Assembly: GCA_963804165.1 (NCBI GenBank)
Contig: CAWDPO010000002.1
Location: forward strand, 64,001 to 128,000
Length of the DNA stretch: 64,000 nucleotides
Direction: 5' to 3'
Origin: an uncultured delta proteobacterium
GTDB taxonomy: Bacteria; Desulfobacterota; Binatia; UBA9968
Numbering within the stretch: position 1 is the first letter of the stretch; every line of letters begins with the position of its first letter. Positions 9,729 to 19,150 of the stretch are shown here, piece after piece. The notes under the pieces were generated by a model. The model worked only from the letters and a program-made list of their open reading frames with translations. It did not search any database and was not told the DNA's origin. Both the position numbers and the translations under genes were made by a program.

Positions 9729-10514
9729 ATGAATCGGGCAATGGCATTGGCGTTTTTCGTGCTATCGATTCTTTCCGCGGGCGCGGCGCATTCTGCCTGC
9801 CGGGAGTTAGACGTTGCGCGCCGGTGGTTGCCCCCGGCATACGCCGCCGAACCCGACGGGACGATAGAATTTTTCGGTCACAATTTCTTTCAGGTCACTT
9901 CCAGCAAGGGCACCAAGATTATCACCGATCCGGTGGCGCCGGGATTCTACCCGACGCCGAACGTCGTGCCGCACGCCGTCACGGTCGGAAGGGAGCATCC
10001 GAATCACAATTATGTCGAAGCCGCGCAGGGCAAACCGGTCATCTTGAGAGGATTGGGTAACTACGGCTCGGAATGGAACAAAATCAGCACCACGGTGCGC
10101 GATGTCTTAATTTACAGCATTCCCATCTATCAGCAGCAATTCGGCAACGCGTTAAAAGGCGCGGCCTTTGTCTTCGATCTCGGAACGATTTGCATCGCCC
10201 ACCTAGGCGATTTGAGCCACAAGCTCACCGAGGAGCAGATCAAGGCATTCGGCAAGGTCGACATTGCGATGATCCCCATCGGCGGCACGTTCACCATGCC
10301 GCCGGATACCGCCCGTGAAGTGTTGCAGCAATTGAAACCCAAGATCGCGATCCCGATGCATTACCGGGAGAGCACATACCTGTTGGACATGTTTGTGAAA
10401 GGCTACTCGCACAAATATCTCGGCACGTACAAGATGACGTTCAGTAAAACGGCGTTGCCGCCTCCGACACAAATCATTGTCTTCACGCCCTGGGGGATGC
10501 GCGACTATAGATAG
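9729..10514 (+). CDS. Secreted MBL-fold metallo-hydrolase (Lactamase_B_3-like)
   Basis: Signal peptide; GHNFF, ITDP, EHPNHN, HLGDL, PIGG, PMHY. Confidence 0.8.
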   Translation: MNRAMALAFFVLSILSAGAAHSACRELDVARRWLPPAYAAEPDGTIEFFGHNFFQVTSSKGTKIITDPVAPGFYPTPNVVPHAVTVGREHPNHNYVEAAQGKPVILRGLGNYGSEWNKISTTVRDVLIYSIPIYQQQFGNALKGAAFVFDLGTICIAHLGDLSHKLTEEQIKAFGKVDIAMIPIGGTFTMPPDTAREVLQQLKPKIAIPMHYRESTYLLDMFVKGYSHKYLGTYKMTFSKTALPPPTQIIVFTPWGMRDYR

Positions 10515-10561
10515 TAAGATTGGAGTGTTTTTTCGCCCTAGAGTCTTTTCCAACCAATCTC

Positions 10562-10594
10562 TTTTGTGCGATGTTTGCGTTCTCTGCGGTTAAA
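10562..10594. repeat. Degenerate tandem nonamer (TTCTTTGCG-like) x3 ending in GTTAAA
   Basis: TTTTGTGCG ATGTTTGCG TTCTCTGCG GTTAAA abutting the stop of the 10590 gene. Confidence 0.5.
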
Positions 10595-11579
10595 TCTTGA
10601 ACGCCTCTACGGTTTCCCGCGCAAAGAGCTCATCGAGATTGAGTTTCTGCTTGATCAAGCCTTGCTCAGCCAGATAGCCGTGTAAGGTTTCCAAATTCGC
10701 GCGATTGGGCTCCAGCCCGTACGGCCAGTAATCGGCCGTCATCAGCTCGCGGGTGTCTTCGTACTCCGCGGAGGTCCACGGTAAGCTCACACGCAGGATG
10801 TTGGTATCGTAGAGATCGCGCATGCAAATGTCTTTTGCTTCGCAGAAAGCTTTGTAGAGCGTCTGCGCCACCCAAGGTTCCCTGTCGTAAATAGACCGCT
10901 TGATCACAATGACGTGCATAATCGGAAACAAACCGGTCTTTTTGAAATAATCCATTTCGGCTTGGCGATAATTTGGAAACAAACGCCTCACGTGCGGCGA
11001 TCCCTGAAGAAAACAGGTGGGCATGCGCGGCGACATCATGGCGTCGACCTCGCCGCTCTCGATCATCGCATTGAGGGTCGTATCGGGTCGGCTTTCGAGT
11101 GTCACGCCGTTGGGCATTTCGAAATCGACGCGGTCTTTTCTTCCGGGATGCTCCTCGCCCGCCTGGACCCAATGAATCTCGCTTGGCGGCACACCGTATT
11201 CATGTTGAAACAAACCGCGCAACCACACCGCCGCGGTCATGGAATACTCCGGCACGCCCATTCGCTTCCCGCGCAGTTCCTCGACCCGCTGAATGCCGGA
11301 GGCGTTGTTGACGAAGATGCAGCGGTGACGAAACGTCCGCGAGGGAAACACTGGGATCGCTACAAAAGGCCGCCGCCCGTGCGCCGCGGCAGTCAAAAAC
11401 GCCCCCATCGACAGCTCCGACACGTCGAACTCTTCATACTTCATCATGCGCCAGAAGATCTCTTCCACCGGCATGACCAGATAATTGACCTCTAGCCCTT
11501 CTGCCTTGACGATGCCGTCTTTGAATGGACGGGTGCGATCGTAATCCTCGCAGGCGACCGTTAAATTCAATGGAATCAT
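10590..11579 (-). CDS. 4,5-dihydroxyphthalate decarboxylase-like protein (periplasmic-binding-protein fold)
   Basis: ACEDYDRT, FDVSELS, PVFPSRTFRH, GVPEYSMTAAVWLRG, FPIMH, WPYGLEPN. Confidence 0.85.
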   Translation of the reverse strand: MIPLNLTVACEDYDRTRPFKDGIVKAEGLEVNYLVMPVEEIFWRMMKYEEFDVSELSMGAFLTAAAHGRRPFVAIPVFPSRTFRHRCIFVNNASGIQRVEELRGKRMGVPEYSMTAAVWLRGLFQHEYGVPPSEIHWVQAGEEHPGRKDRVDFEMPNGVTLESRPDTTLNAMIESGEVDAMMSPRMPTCFLQGSPHVRRLFPNYRQAEMDYFKKTGLFPIMHVIVIKRSIYDREPWVAQTLYKAFCEAKDICMRDLYDTNILRVSLPWTSAEYEDTRELMTADYWPYGLEPNRANLETLHGYLAEQGLIKQKLNLDELFARETVEAFKI

Positions 11580-12238
11580 TTCTTCCTCGATGTCGATTTC
11601 GTCTGCCGCGCATGTGCGACCACTTTGACAAACTGCTGCATCTCTTTAATGAATGCCGTCTTGCCTTTTTCGGTCAGTAATTTTTCGAGGTAAGCGCTGC
11701 CCAGGCAAATCCCGGTGACGCCGGCTCTCACATAATCCGTAAGGTTTTTTAAACTCACGCCGCCGGAAACCATGAAACGGACGTCCGGAAATGGCGCCTG
11801 CATCTGCCGGATGAACTGCGGACCGCCGACCAAATCGGCGGGAAAGATCTTCACCAGATCCGCCCGTGCGCGCTGCGCCGCGATGATTTCCGTCGGCGTC
11901 GCCGCGCCGGGACAGCAGGCGACGTTTGCCAGGTGGCAGATGCCGACCAAATTCAGCTCCAGGGACGGAGAGACAATGAACTCGGCCCCGACGCCGATGG
12001 CGCGCTCGGCTTGTTGCGGCGCCAGCACGGTGCCGGCGCCGACGTGAAGACCCTTACGCGCCGTCAGTTCTTTGATGACGTCGAGCGCTCCCGGCACGCT
12101 GAACGTAATTTCGATGAACCTGACGCCGCCGGCGGCGGCGGCCTGAGCCAGCGCGAGCGCTTCGTCGGCGCTTTTAGATCGCACAACAGCGATCAGACGA
12201 TCCTGGTAGAGTTCACGTATGAGTTCAGTCCTATTCAT
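11576..12238 (-). CDS. eda: KDPG/KHG aldolase family protein
   Basis: IAVVR, IEITF, GAGTVL, FIVSP, TPTEI, VKIFPA, GGV; ATGA overlap with downstream gene. Confidence 0.85.
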   Translation of the reverse strand: MNRTELIRELYQDRLIAVVRSKSADEALALAQAAAAGGVRFIEITFSVPGALDVIKELTARKGLHVGAGTVLAPQQAERAIGVGAEFIVSPSLELNLVGICHLANVACCPGAATPTEIIAAQRARADLVKIFPADLVGGPQFIRQMQAPFPDVRFMVSGGVSLKNLTDYVRAGVTGICLGSAYLEKLLTEKGKTAFIKEMQQFVKVVAHARQTKSTSRKK

Positions 12239-12532
12239 AATGAAGCCACCATTTTCCGTTCCATTGGTACGTTACAAAAGCTGCGCTTCGCGGTCATTGC
12301 TCCACTTTAGGTCCGGCGCGATCAAGACGGTCAATCTCACTTGCGTGGTCGCCGTCATCGCCGCTCTCCCAATGGCTCGGGTTCTGCGGAATTTATTTCT
12401 TGCCGGCGGTCACCGTAGTCGATTCTCAACGATCGACGCTTTTCCACCGCTCTTGTGTGTACGATTTCATACATCGCATGCATGCCGAAGCTGCGCCCAA
12501 TTGCAACCACTCATGTTCACTTGCAAATACCG

Positions 12533-13474
12533 TTACGTCTGATTGACCGTCGCATTGTCTCCCAGAAACTTCCGCACCGCCGCAACAAGCTCCTTCTGCT
12601 CGTTTTCGGGGTGATACCAACGTATCTCTTCATCCCGCCGGAACCAGGTTAACTGTCGTTTGGCGAGGCGGCGAGTTTCCTGTTTCATCTCTTCGAATGC
12701 AACATCCAGATCCTTGGCGCCCTGAATAACTTCACCCATCTGCCGATAACCCACGCTGCCAAGGGGTTTCAAAGTCAAAGCAAAACCGCGTGAAACCAAG
12801 CCGCGCACCTCGTCCAGCAAGCCGTCACGAATCATCCGCTCGCCACGTTGGTGGATCAGGTCGTAGAGCTCGGCACGCGTCCGCAGCAGACCGATCTTGA
12901 GAACTTCGAAGGGCTGGTCTTGAAACGCATGCTCGTGCTGCCAAAGACTGAGGGGTTTGCCGGTGGTTTGATAAACTTCCAAAGCCCGAATGATGCGCTG
13001 GCGGTCGTTTGGATGAATCGACGACACGACGCTCGGGTCGATCTCTGTCAATCGTTGATACGTAGCGGGCAGGCCTTTCTTATCGATCTCCATGTCCAAG
13101 TTGCGACGCATCTCCGAATCCTGACCCGGACCGGCGAAAAGACCATGCGTCAGAGCCTTGAGATACAACCCGGTACCGCCGCAGACCACGACATTTTTGC
13201 CGCGCTTTTGAATCTGTTCGATGCTCTCGGTCGCCAACCGGCGATAGAATGCAGCATTAAACTCGTCGTCCGGATTCACGATATCGATCAAATGATGGCG
13301 TACACGCTGCCGATGGCTTATCGACGGCTTTCCCGTGCCGATGTCCATGTACCGGTACACTTGCTGCGAATCGGCGTTGACGATCTCGCCGTTGATGCTT
13401 TGCGCCAGTTCCAGTGCGAGCTCGGATTTTCCCACGGCGGTGGGGCCGAGAATAATCACAATCTTGGCTTTCAT
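12533..13474 (-). CDS. miaA: tRNA dimethylallyltransferase
   Basis: GPTAVGKS, DSQQVYRYMDIGTGKP, GGTGLY, AKRQLTWF. Confidence 0.97.
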   Translation of the reverse strand: MKAKIVIILGPTAVGKSELALELAQSINGEIVNADSQQVYRYMDIGTGKPSISHRQRVRHHLIDIVNPDDEFNAAFYRRLATESIEQIQKRGKNVVVCGGTGLYLKALTHGLFAGPGQDSEMRRNLDMEIDKKGLPATYQRLTEIDPSVVSSIHPNDRQRIIRALEVYQTTGKPLSLWQHEHAFQDQPFEVLKIGLLRTRAELYDLIHQRGERMIRDGLLDEVRGLVSRGFALTLKPLGSVGYRQMGEVIQGAKDLDVAFEEMKQETRRLAKRQLTWFRRDEEIRWYHPENEQKELVAAVRKFLGDNATVNQT

Positions 13475-13489
13475 CGAAGACGCGGGGGC

Positions 13490-13568
13490 GGTTCAGAGTT
13501 CAAGGTCAACATCCAACAGGCAAATTCAAATTCCAACTCTCGTCGCTTTGAACCTGGAACCTTGAACT
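13490..13568. repeat. Inverted arrangement of TTGAAC(C/T) heptamers in the mutL-miaA spacer
   Basis: GGTTCAG AGTTCAA GG (13490-13505) ... TTGAACC TGGAACC TTGAACT (13548-13568). Confidence 0.7.
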
Positions 13569-13575
13569 TCTCAAA

Positions 13576-15315
13576 CTAAAGCACTCGCTTGAACATTCGT
13601 TCGAGTTCCTCACGGCTGATTTCGATCAACACCGGCCGGCCATGCGGACACTGCGTGGCGAAATCAACGCCGTCCAAGTCTTTCAGCAACGCGCGTATTT
13701 CATCCATTTCCAGGATCCGATTGGCTCGAATCACGCTGTGACAGGCAATCGTCGCGAGACGGTCTTCGAGATGCGCGCGCAATTTACCCGAGCTATTCAC
13801 ATCGGCTAGATCCGCGACCATCTGGCGGACGACTTGGCTGTAATCGCCCTCGGGGAGAAGCGCGGGGGCGGCCGTGATCGCGTAGGCGCCGGGACCGAAA
13901 GGTTCAAGGGAGAAACCGAAGCGTTCGACGACCTCCAATTTTTCTTCCAACAACATCATTTCCCCAGCGCTGAGATCAACTGTTTGCGGCACGAGTAGAC
14001 TTTGCCTTGCGACGTTCCCAGCATCCAGTTGCCGACGCAGCCTTTCGAAAGCGACTCTTTCATGGGCGGCATGCTGATCAATTAACGCCAGTCCCCGCGA
14101 TGAGACGCAAACCAGATAGCAACCGAGAATCTGCCCAAGAACGCGCATCGAAGAGTAATATCCCTCACCCCCAATCCCGGCGCGCGGTAGCGGTGAAAAA
14201 ACCTCCTGGCGTATCGCCTGAGTCTCGCTTTGCGCCGTCCCAAGGAACCCGCCGTAAGACAAGGCGACTTCGCGCACGCCGGAAAAGGGATGCGGAGAGA
14301 ATGCGATATTGCGAGCCGACGGTTCTCTCGCTTCCTGCTTTAACGCTTGGCGAATCGCCCGCGATACCGCTTCATGAACCTCGGACTGGCGGCGAAAGCG
14401 AACTTCATATTTGGCGGGATGGACGTTCACGTCGACCTCGTCGAAGGGAATGTCGAGGAAGAGCACCACAGCAGGGTATTGACCCTTCATCAGAAGTGTT
14501 TCGTATCCCTGGATCACTGCGTGGGTCAGCACCTTATCGCGTACGTAGCGTCGATTGACGAAGGTATAGAGGTAACGGGTGTTGGGAAAAGACGCGGGCG
14601 CCACGCTGAAAAAACCGTGGACCCCAAGGTCGCCCTGGCGCCACAAAAAAACGCCTAAGTCGTTTGCAATCTCGCGCCCGAAAACCTGGTACAAGCGGTC
14701 CTTCGCCTCGCCCACCGCCAAATAATCCGCAACCGTACGTCCATCATGTTGCAGGCGAAAGTGAACCTCGGGATATGCCAACGCCATGCGATTGACGGCA
14801 TCGCAAATATGGCTCAACTCCGTTGCCGGCGACTTGAGAAATTTTCTCCGCGCCGGCGTATTATAAAAAATATCTTTGATCTCTATCGTCGTTCCAACTG
14901 CCGCTGCCGTCGGAGCTATTTCGTCCTTTCGTCCGCCGTCGATGCTGAGCTTTTGCCCCGTGGGCGCATTCAGTGGACGAGAAACGATCTGCATCTTTGA
15001 GACCGAGCCAATACTCGGCAAAGCCTCGCCGCGAAAACCCAATGTTGCGATGCGAAACAAATCTTCATCGACTTTAAGTTTGCTCGTCGCGTGGCGCTCG
15101 ACCGCCATCATTAGATCCTCGGCCGTCATTCCTTCGCCGTTATCGGATACCTGGACGAGCGACGTGCCGCTCTTCTCAATCGCAACAAAAATTGCCGTCG
15201 CACCCGCATCGAGGGAGTTTTCGATCAGCTCTTTGACCACCGAAGCGGGCCGTTCGACGACCTCCCCAGCGGCGATACGGCTGGCCATTTCATCGGATAA
15301 AATTTGGATCTTCAC
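13576..15315 (-). CDS. mutL: DNA mismatch repair endonuclease MutL
   Basis: IAAGEVVERPASVVKELIENSLDAGA, GFRGEAL, DQHAAHER, ACH, CPHGRP. Confidence 0.98.
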   Translation of the reverse strand: MKIQILSDEMASRIAAGEVVERPASVVKELIENSLDAGATAIFVAIEKSGTSLVQVSDNGEGMTAEDLMMAVERHATSKLKVDEDLFRIATLGFRGEALPSIGSVSKMQIVSRPLNAPTGQKLSIDGGRKDEIAPTAAAVGTTIEIKDIFYNTPARRKFLKSPATELSHICDAVNRMALAYPEVHFRLQHDGRTVADYLAVGEAKDRLYQVFGREIANDLGVFLWRQGDLGVHGFFSVAPASFPNTRYLYTFVNRRYVRDKVLTHAVIQGYETLLMKGQYPAVVLFLDIPFDEVDVNVHPAKYEVRFRRQSEVHEAVSRAIRQALKQEAREPSARNIAFSPHPFSGVREVALSYGGFLGTAQSETQAIRQEVFSPLPRAGIGGEGYYSSMRVLGQILGCYLVCVSSRGLALIDQHAAHERVAFERLRRQLDAGNVARQSLLVPQTVDLSAGEMMLLEEKLEVVERFGFSLEPFGPGAYAITAAPALLPEGDYSQVVRQMVADLADVNSSGKLRAHLEDRLATIACHSVIRANRILEMDEIRALLKDLDGVDFATQCPHGRPVLIEISREELERMFKRVL

Positions 15316-15454
15316 GCGGGCATCGGCCTCGACTTCGACAATACTTACCGGCTAAGCCGCGGTCAAGATAATCCCGCCTTGATAGCTATTAACCGGTCTC
15401 AATAATCGTTAAAATGAGGCTGCAAATGCTGCCGAGACGGCTGAGGAGACTGTC

Positions 15455-16246
15455 ATGAAATCGATTCGACGGCTTACCCTTGTTATGCTGGTTATCGTCC
15501 GCGCCTCGCGCCTCCTAGCGGCGGAAAATTCTCCCCTGGTCGAAACGAAAATCAAAACCCTTCTGATCGATCCGGCCACCCAATCTCCGGTGGTCGTTCT
15601 CGAAACGGTCAACGATCAGAAACTATTGCCGATCTGGATCAGCGTCGTGGAAGCACGAGCGATTGCAACCGAGCTTGAGCATGTCACGCTGCCGCGACCG
15701 CTCACCCACGATCTCATTCGCAATATTCTTCAGGGGCTGGGAGCGACCCTGCAACGCGTCGTTCTCACCGACCTGCGCAACGACACCTATTACGCGCTGC
15801 TCTTCTTGAGGTTCAAAGGACAGGAGTTTCAGATCGACAGCCGGCCTAGCGATGCAATAGCCGTCGCGCTGCGCATGAAAGCGCCGATCTTCGCCACGAC
15901 GCAACTGCTCGCTAAATCCTCGCCCCCGCCGACGCTACCGGGCCGCGCCGAGCAGACGCAAAAACGCTTGGGGATACAAGCCCAGGACCTAACGGCGGAG
16001 TTAGCCGGCCTCTTGGAGAGCCCACACCGAAACGGAGTTCTTGTAACCGACGTCGCGCTAGGCAGCATCGCGATGAAAGCGGGCATTCAGCGCGGCGACA
16101 TCATCACCAAGGCCAACGAGCGCAGCGTATCTTCTGCTAAGGCTCTGGAGGCGCTTGTTCACGGAGTGAAGCCACCAGCTCAGATCAAGCTCGAAGTCTT
16201 AAAAAAAGGCAAGCCGACCACGATCGTGATCGATCTGCCTTCGTAG
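15455..16246 (+). CDS. Bifunctional nuclease (DUF151) domain fused to C-terminal PDZ domain
   Basis: LPIWI..EA.AI, PRPLTHDL, DSRPSDAIAVALR; C-terminal LGIQAQDLT...GVLVTDV...AGIQRGDII (HtrA-type PDZ). Confidence 0.85.
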   Translation: MKSIRRLTLVMLVIVRASRLLAAENSPLVETKIKTLLIDPATQSPVVVLETVNDQKLLPIWISVVEARAIATELEHVTLPRPLTHDLIRNILQGLGATLQRVVLTDLRNDTYYALLFLRFKGQEFQIDSRPSDAIAVALRMKAPIFATTQLLAKSSPPPTLPGRAEQTQKRLGIQAQDLTAELAGLLESPHRNGVLVTDVALGSIAMKAGIQRGDIITKANERSVSSAKALEALVHGVKPPAQIKLEVLKKGKPTTIVIDLPS

Positions 16247-16249
16247 TGA

Positions 16250-16600
16250 GAGGGACACCGTCGTGGTTTAGATCATCCTTCCGTAGTCTCGTCGGTTTCC
16301 TTATTCGAGTCCGTAGTCCCGAACTCTTGTATCTGGAGTCGAGGCGAGACCAGAACCATCCCAAGGCGCGCGCAATTAACCGTCGCTTCCACTCCTCGGG
16401 CGATTACCTTGAACGCCGTTTCCATCGGTTTGTTCGCTTTCCGTTTCCCCTTTCTTGGCCGTGCCGACTGATTTCTTCGCCAAATCCTTGCTCTCCCAAG
16501 AAGTGCTGATCTTTCACGGCGTAATGGGCCTCGTTGTAGTTTTCAGCTATTCCACGATCCGTAAATTGGGCCATTCCGTCAATCACGTCCAGAACACGTC
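16250..16600 (-). pseudogene. Possible relic of a Y1/REP-associated transposase C-terminal region
   Basis: Fragments HYAVKDQHFLGEQGFGEEI and, after a frameshift, KPMETAFKVIARGVE resemble from memory the C-terminal parts of Y1_Tnp proteins; no intact ORF. Confidence 0.3.
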
Positions 16601-16812
16601 ATCAATGCGGTTAGACGACAAGATGCCGCTCAACTCTGAATCTTTTTCCCAGCGCTTTAGTGACCGTTGTCGACGGGGCAAATTATGCGTTCCGCTTTGA
16701 CCTCAGTAGTCCACGAGACTAACCGTTTAGTATTGTCGGGAGGAGAAAACCCCCAAATCATCATTCACCTTGTCTAGTCAGCAAGAAGCGTCCATCCATC
16801 GGTCGAAATAAG

Positions 16813-16845
16813 AACGGGCAAACCGCTTGTCACGGTTTGCCCGTT
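16813..16845 (-). terminator. Rho-independent terminator of the UbiD gene
   Basis: 13-bp perfect stem AACGGGCAAACCG/CGGTTTGCCCGTT, 7-nt loop, U-rich tail on minus strand. Confidence 0.8.
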
Positions 16846-16874
16846 TGTTGAAGAACTCTGGGTATTTTCGATTC

Positions 16875-18314
16875 CTATTTCTTACCGTTCGTGCCGAAAA
16901 GTTCCCCGCCCCACTTCTTCGCCGTGGCGTCGAGAACTTCCTTGCTGGACTCGGCGACCGGCGGAAAGTCTTTCATCCATTCGTAGGGCCGCGTTGCGTC
17001 GATTATCGCCCGCGAATTGAAACCCTTCTTGGTCGGATGAATGACCGGATCGAGCGGCCCGCTCCAGCAGCGGCGTAGGATGTCGATATCCTGCTCGGGC
17101 TCGCAACGGCTGGACATCGCCCAGATCATGTCATCGGTGTTCGACGGATCGATATCGTCGTCGACGACGACCACGAATCGGCCGAGATAAGCACCCGCAT
17201 GACATTGCGAAGCGACGATCGCCGCCTGTTTGGCATGACCGGGATAGCGCTGCTTGATGGCAACGCACATCATCAAACGGCTGCCGCCGGAAACCGTGAG
17301 CCACACGCCTTTGACGTCCGGCACGCCGGCTTTTTCCATCTCGTCCCAAATCAGCGCGGAACGGAGATACGAGCGATACCAGCCCAACTCTGCAGGCGGA
17401 CGGCCCGGAGGAGAACCGAGGATGATGGGATCGTTGCGGTGATATAGCCGCTTCACTTCGACCCACGGCTCAGCGCGTTCCGCGCTGGCGTAGTAGCCGG
17501 TCCATTCGCCAAACGGACCCTCGACCTTAGGATTGTCGAAGTGGACATCACCTTCGATGACAATCTCGGCATTAGCCGGGATCGGCAGTCCGGAATACTC
17601 GCCTTCTATCATCTCGAACGGCTCGCCGCGCAAGCCGCCGATAAATTCATATTCGGGCACGCCATACGGCACTTCGATGCTGCCCGCCAAAAAAGTTAAG
17701 GGATCGTGACCGAATGACATCGCTATTTTGAAAGGCTTGCCGCTGGCAGCATACTTTTCCCGCTGGATGCGGCCGTGCTTGCCAGGTGAAATGTAAAATC
17801 CAAGCTTATTTTTGTCATGGATCATTACACGGTAGGTGCCGTAATTAACCCAACCTTCGTCGGGGTCGCGGGTGATATCGACGCTTCCCGTGCCGATATA
17901 GCGACCGCCGTCTTTGTCATGCCAGAGAGGCGTCGGGAACTTGAACATATCGATATCGCCGTCTTTGTACACGTTGTCGAAAAGCCCACTTTTCTTGACG
18001 AATTTAGCGGGTATCGGTTTGATACTCTTATAATTGTCTTTCCAAATCTTGACGAAATCCATTTTGGTTTCGCCTGAAGGGAGCCCCAACGTAAGCGCCA
18101 ATCGCTTGCGCGATGAAAGCGAGTTGGATAGTACGCGATAACCCGGAGGATAACCCTTGATGTCTTCGAATAGCACGGCTGGGCCGTCTTCTTTGTGGGC
18201 CACGATCTCGGTGATCGCGCCGATCTCCAGGTTCCAATCGCATCCCTTCAGCGTTTTGAGTTCGCCCATTTCATCGGCGATTTGGATCCAGTCTCGCAGA
18301 TCCTGATATTCCAT
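16875..18314 (-). CDS. UbiD family prFMN-dependent decarboxylase
   Basis: MEYQDLRDWI start with GGAGG RBS; DWNLEIGAI, DGGRYIGT, NYGTYR, EGPFGEWTGYY, VDDDIDP, IIDAT. Confidence 0.93.
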   Translation of the reverse strand: MEYQDLRDWIQIADEMGELKTLKGCDWNLEIGAITEIVAHKEDGPAVLFEDIKGYPPGYRVLSNSLSSRKRLALTLGLPSGETKMDFVKIWKDNYKSIKPIPAKFVKKSGLFDNVYKDGDIDMFKFPTPLWHDKDGGRYIGTGSVDITRDPDEGWVNYGTYRVMIHDKNKLGFYISPGKHGRIQREKYAASGKPFKIAMSFGHDPLTFLAGSIEVPYGVPEYEFIGGLRGEPFEMIEGEYSGLPIPANAEIVIEGDVHFDNPKVEGPFGEWTGYYASAERAEPWVEVKRLYHRNDPIILGSPPGRPPAELGWYRSYLRSALIWDEMEKAGVPDVKGVWLTVSGGSRLMMCVAIKQRYPGHAKQAAIVASQCHAGAYLGRFVVVVDDDIDPSNTDDMIWAMSSRCEPEQDIDILRRCWSGPLDPVIHPTKKGFNSRAIIDATRPYEWMKDFPPVAESSKEVLDATAKKWGGELFGTNGKK

Positions 18315-18471
18315 TATGGCCTCCTGATTGGTTGGCAAGAAGTTACAAAAACGTGGAGTTTTCTGTGTCTGTGACCTTAGCGAAGTTTTCGCGCTGGGTC
18401 AAGCTAGTGAAAATTCGTTTCTGGCGCGATATTTAATTGAAAACAACGACTTATCGTGCTACCCAAAGATT

Positions 18472-18960
18472 GTGTCCGGCAAGCTGAAAAGTGTTAGCGA
18501 GGTCGCTACTATCGCCGCCCAAGCCCAACAACACGGTAAGACCGTGGTCTTTACCAACGGTTGTTTCGACCTGCTGCACCGGGGCCATATTCACACGCTT
18601 CGACAGGCGAAATCGCACGGTGACTTATTGATCGTCGCGCTCAACAGTGATCGTTCGGTCAAAGCCATTAAAGGGCCGAATCGGCCTATCCTGTCGGAAC
18701 TCGATCGCGTTGAGTTGATCGCTGCGATGGAGATGGTAGACTATGTCGTTGTTTACGACGAACCCGATCCATACACACTGATTGCCGCGATCAAACCGAA
18801 CGTTTTGGCGAAGGGCGGCGACTGGAGCAGCGACAAGATTATCGGCGCCGATATCGTCGAGCAGAACGGCGGACGAGTGGCGGTCATTCCCTACTTGCAG
18901 GGATTTTCGACAACAGAAATCATCGAAAGGATACGACTCGAAAATGGCGAGAATTTGTAA
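18472..18960 (+). CDS. rfaE2: D-glycero-beta-D-manno-heptose 1-phosphate adenylyltransferase (HldE domain II)
   Basis: [38 protein letters not shown]; likely GTG start 18472. Confidence 0.93.
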   Translation: MSGKLKSVSEVATIAAQAQQHGKTVVFTNGCFDLLHRGHIHTLRQAKSHGDLLIVALNSDRSVKAIKGPNRPILSELDRVELIAAMEMVDYVVVYDEPDPYTLIAAIKPNVLAKGGDWSSDKIIGADIVEQNGGRVAVIPYLQGFSTTEIIERIRLENGENL

Positions 18961-19135
18961 AATTTGCGGCAAAGGCCGATCCGTCGGCAATCGTGTGAGT
19001 CACGCGAACAACAAAAGCAAACGTTCCTGGCGCCCCAATCTGCAGCGCGTCCGCGCTAACTTTGATGGCCAAATCAAGCGCGCGTTGGTTTGCACCGATT
19101 GCATTCACTCCGGCCGCGTTCAAAAAGTAGCGTAG
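18944..19135 (+). CDS. rpmB: 50S ribosomal protein L28
   Basis: [34 protein letters not shown]...VCTDCIHSG (zinc-type, CxxC pairs). Confidence 0.97.
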   Translation: MARICKICGKGRSVGNRVSHANNKSKRSWRPNLQRVRANFDGQIKRALVCTDCIHSGRVQKVA

Positions 19136-19150
19136 CTAATTCGTTTGAAC

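Noticed and set aside
12240-12532. hfq or an ncRNA (6S-like) downstream of miaA
   Set aside because: No Hfq-like translation and no convincing long rod structure found by eye
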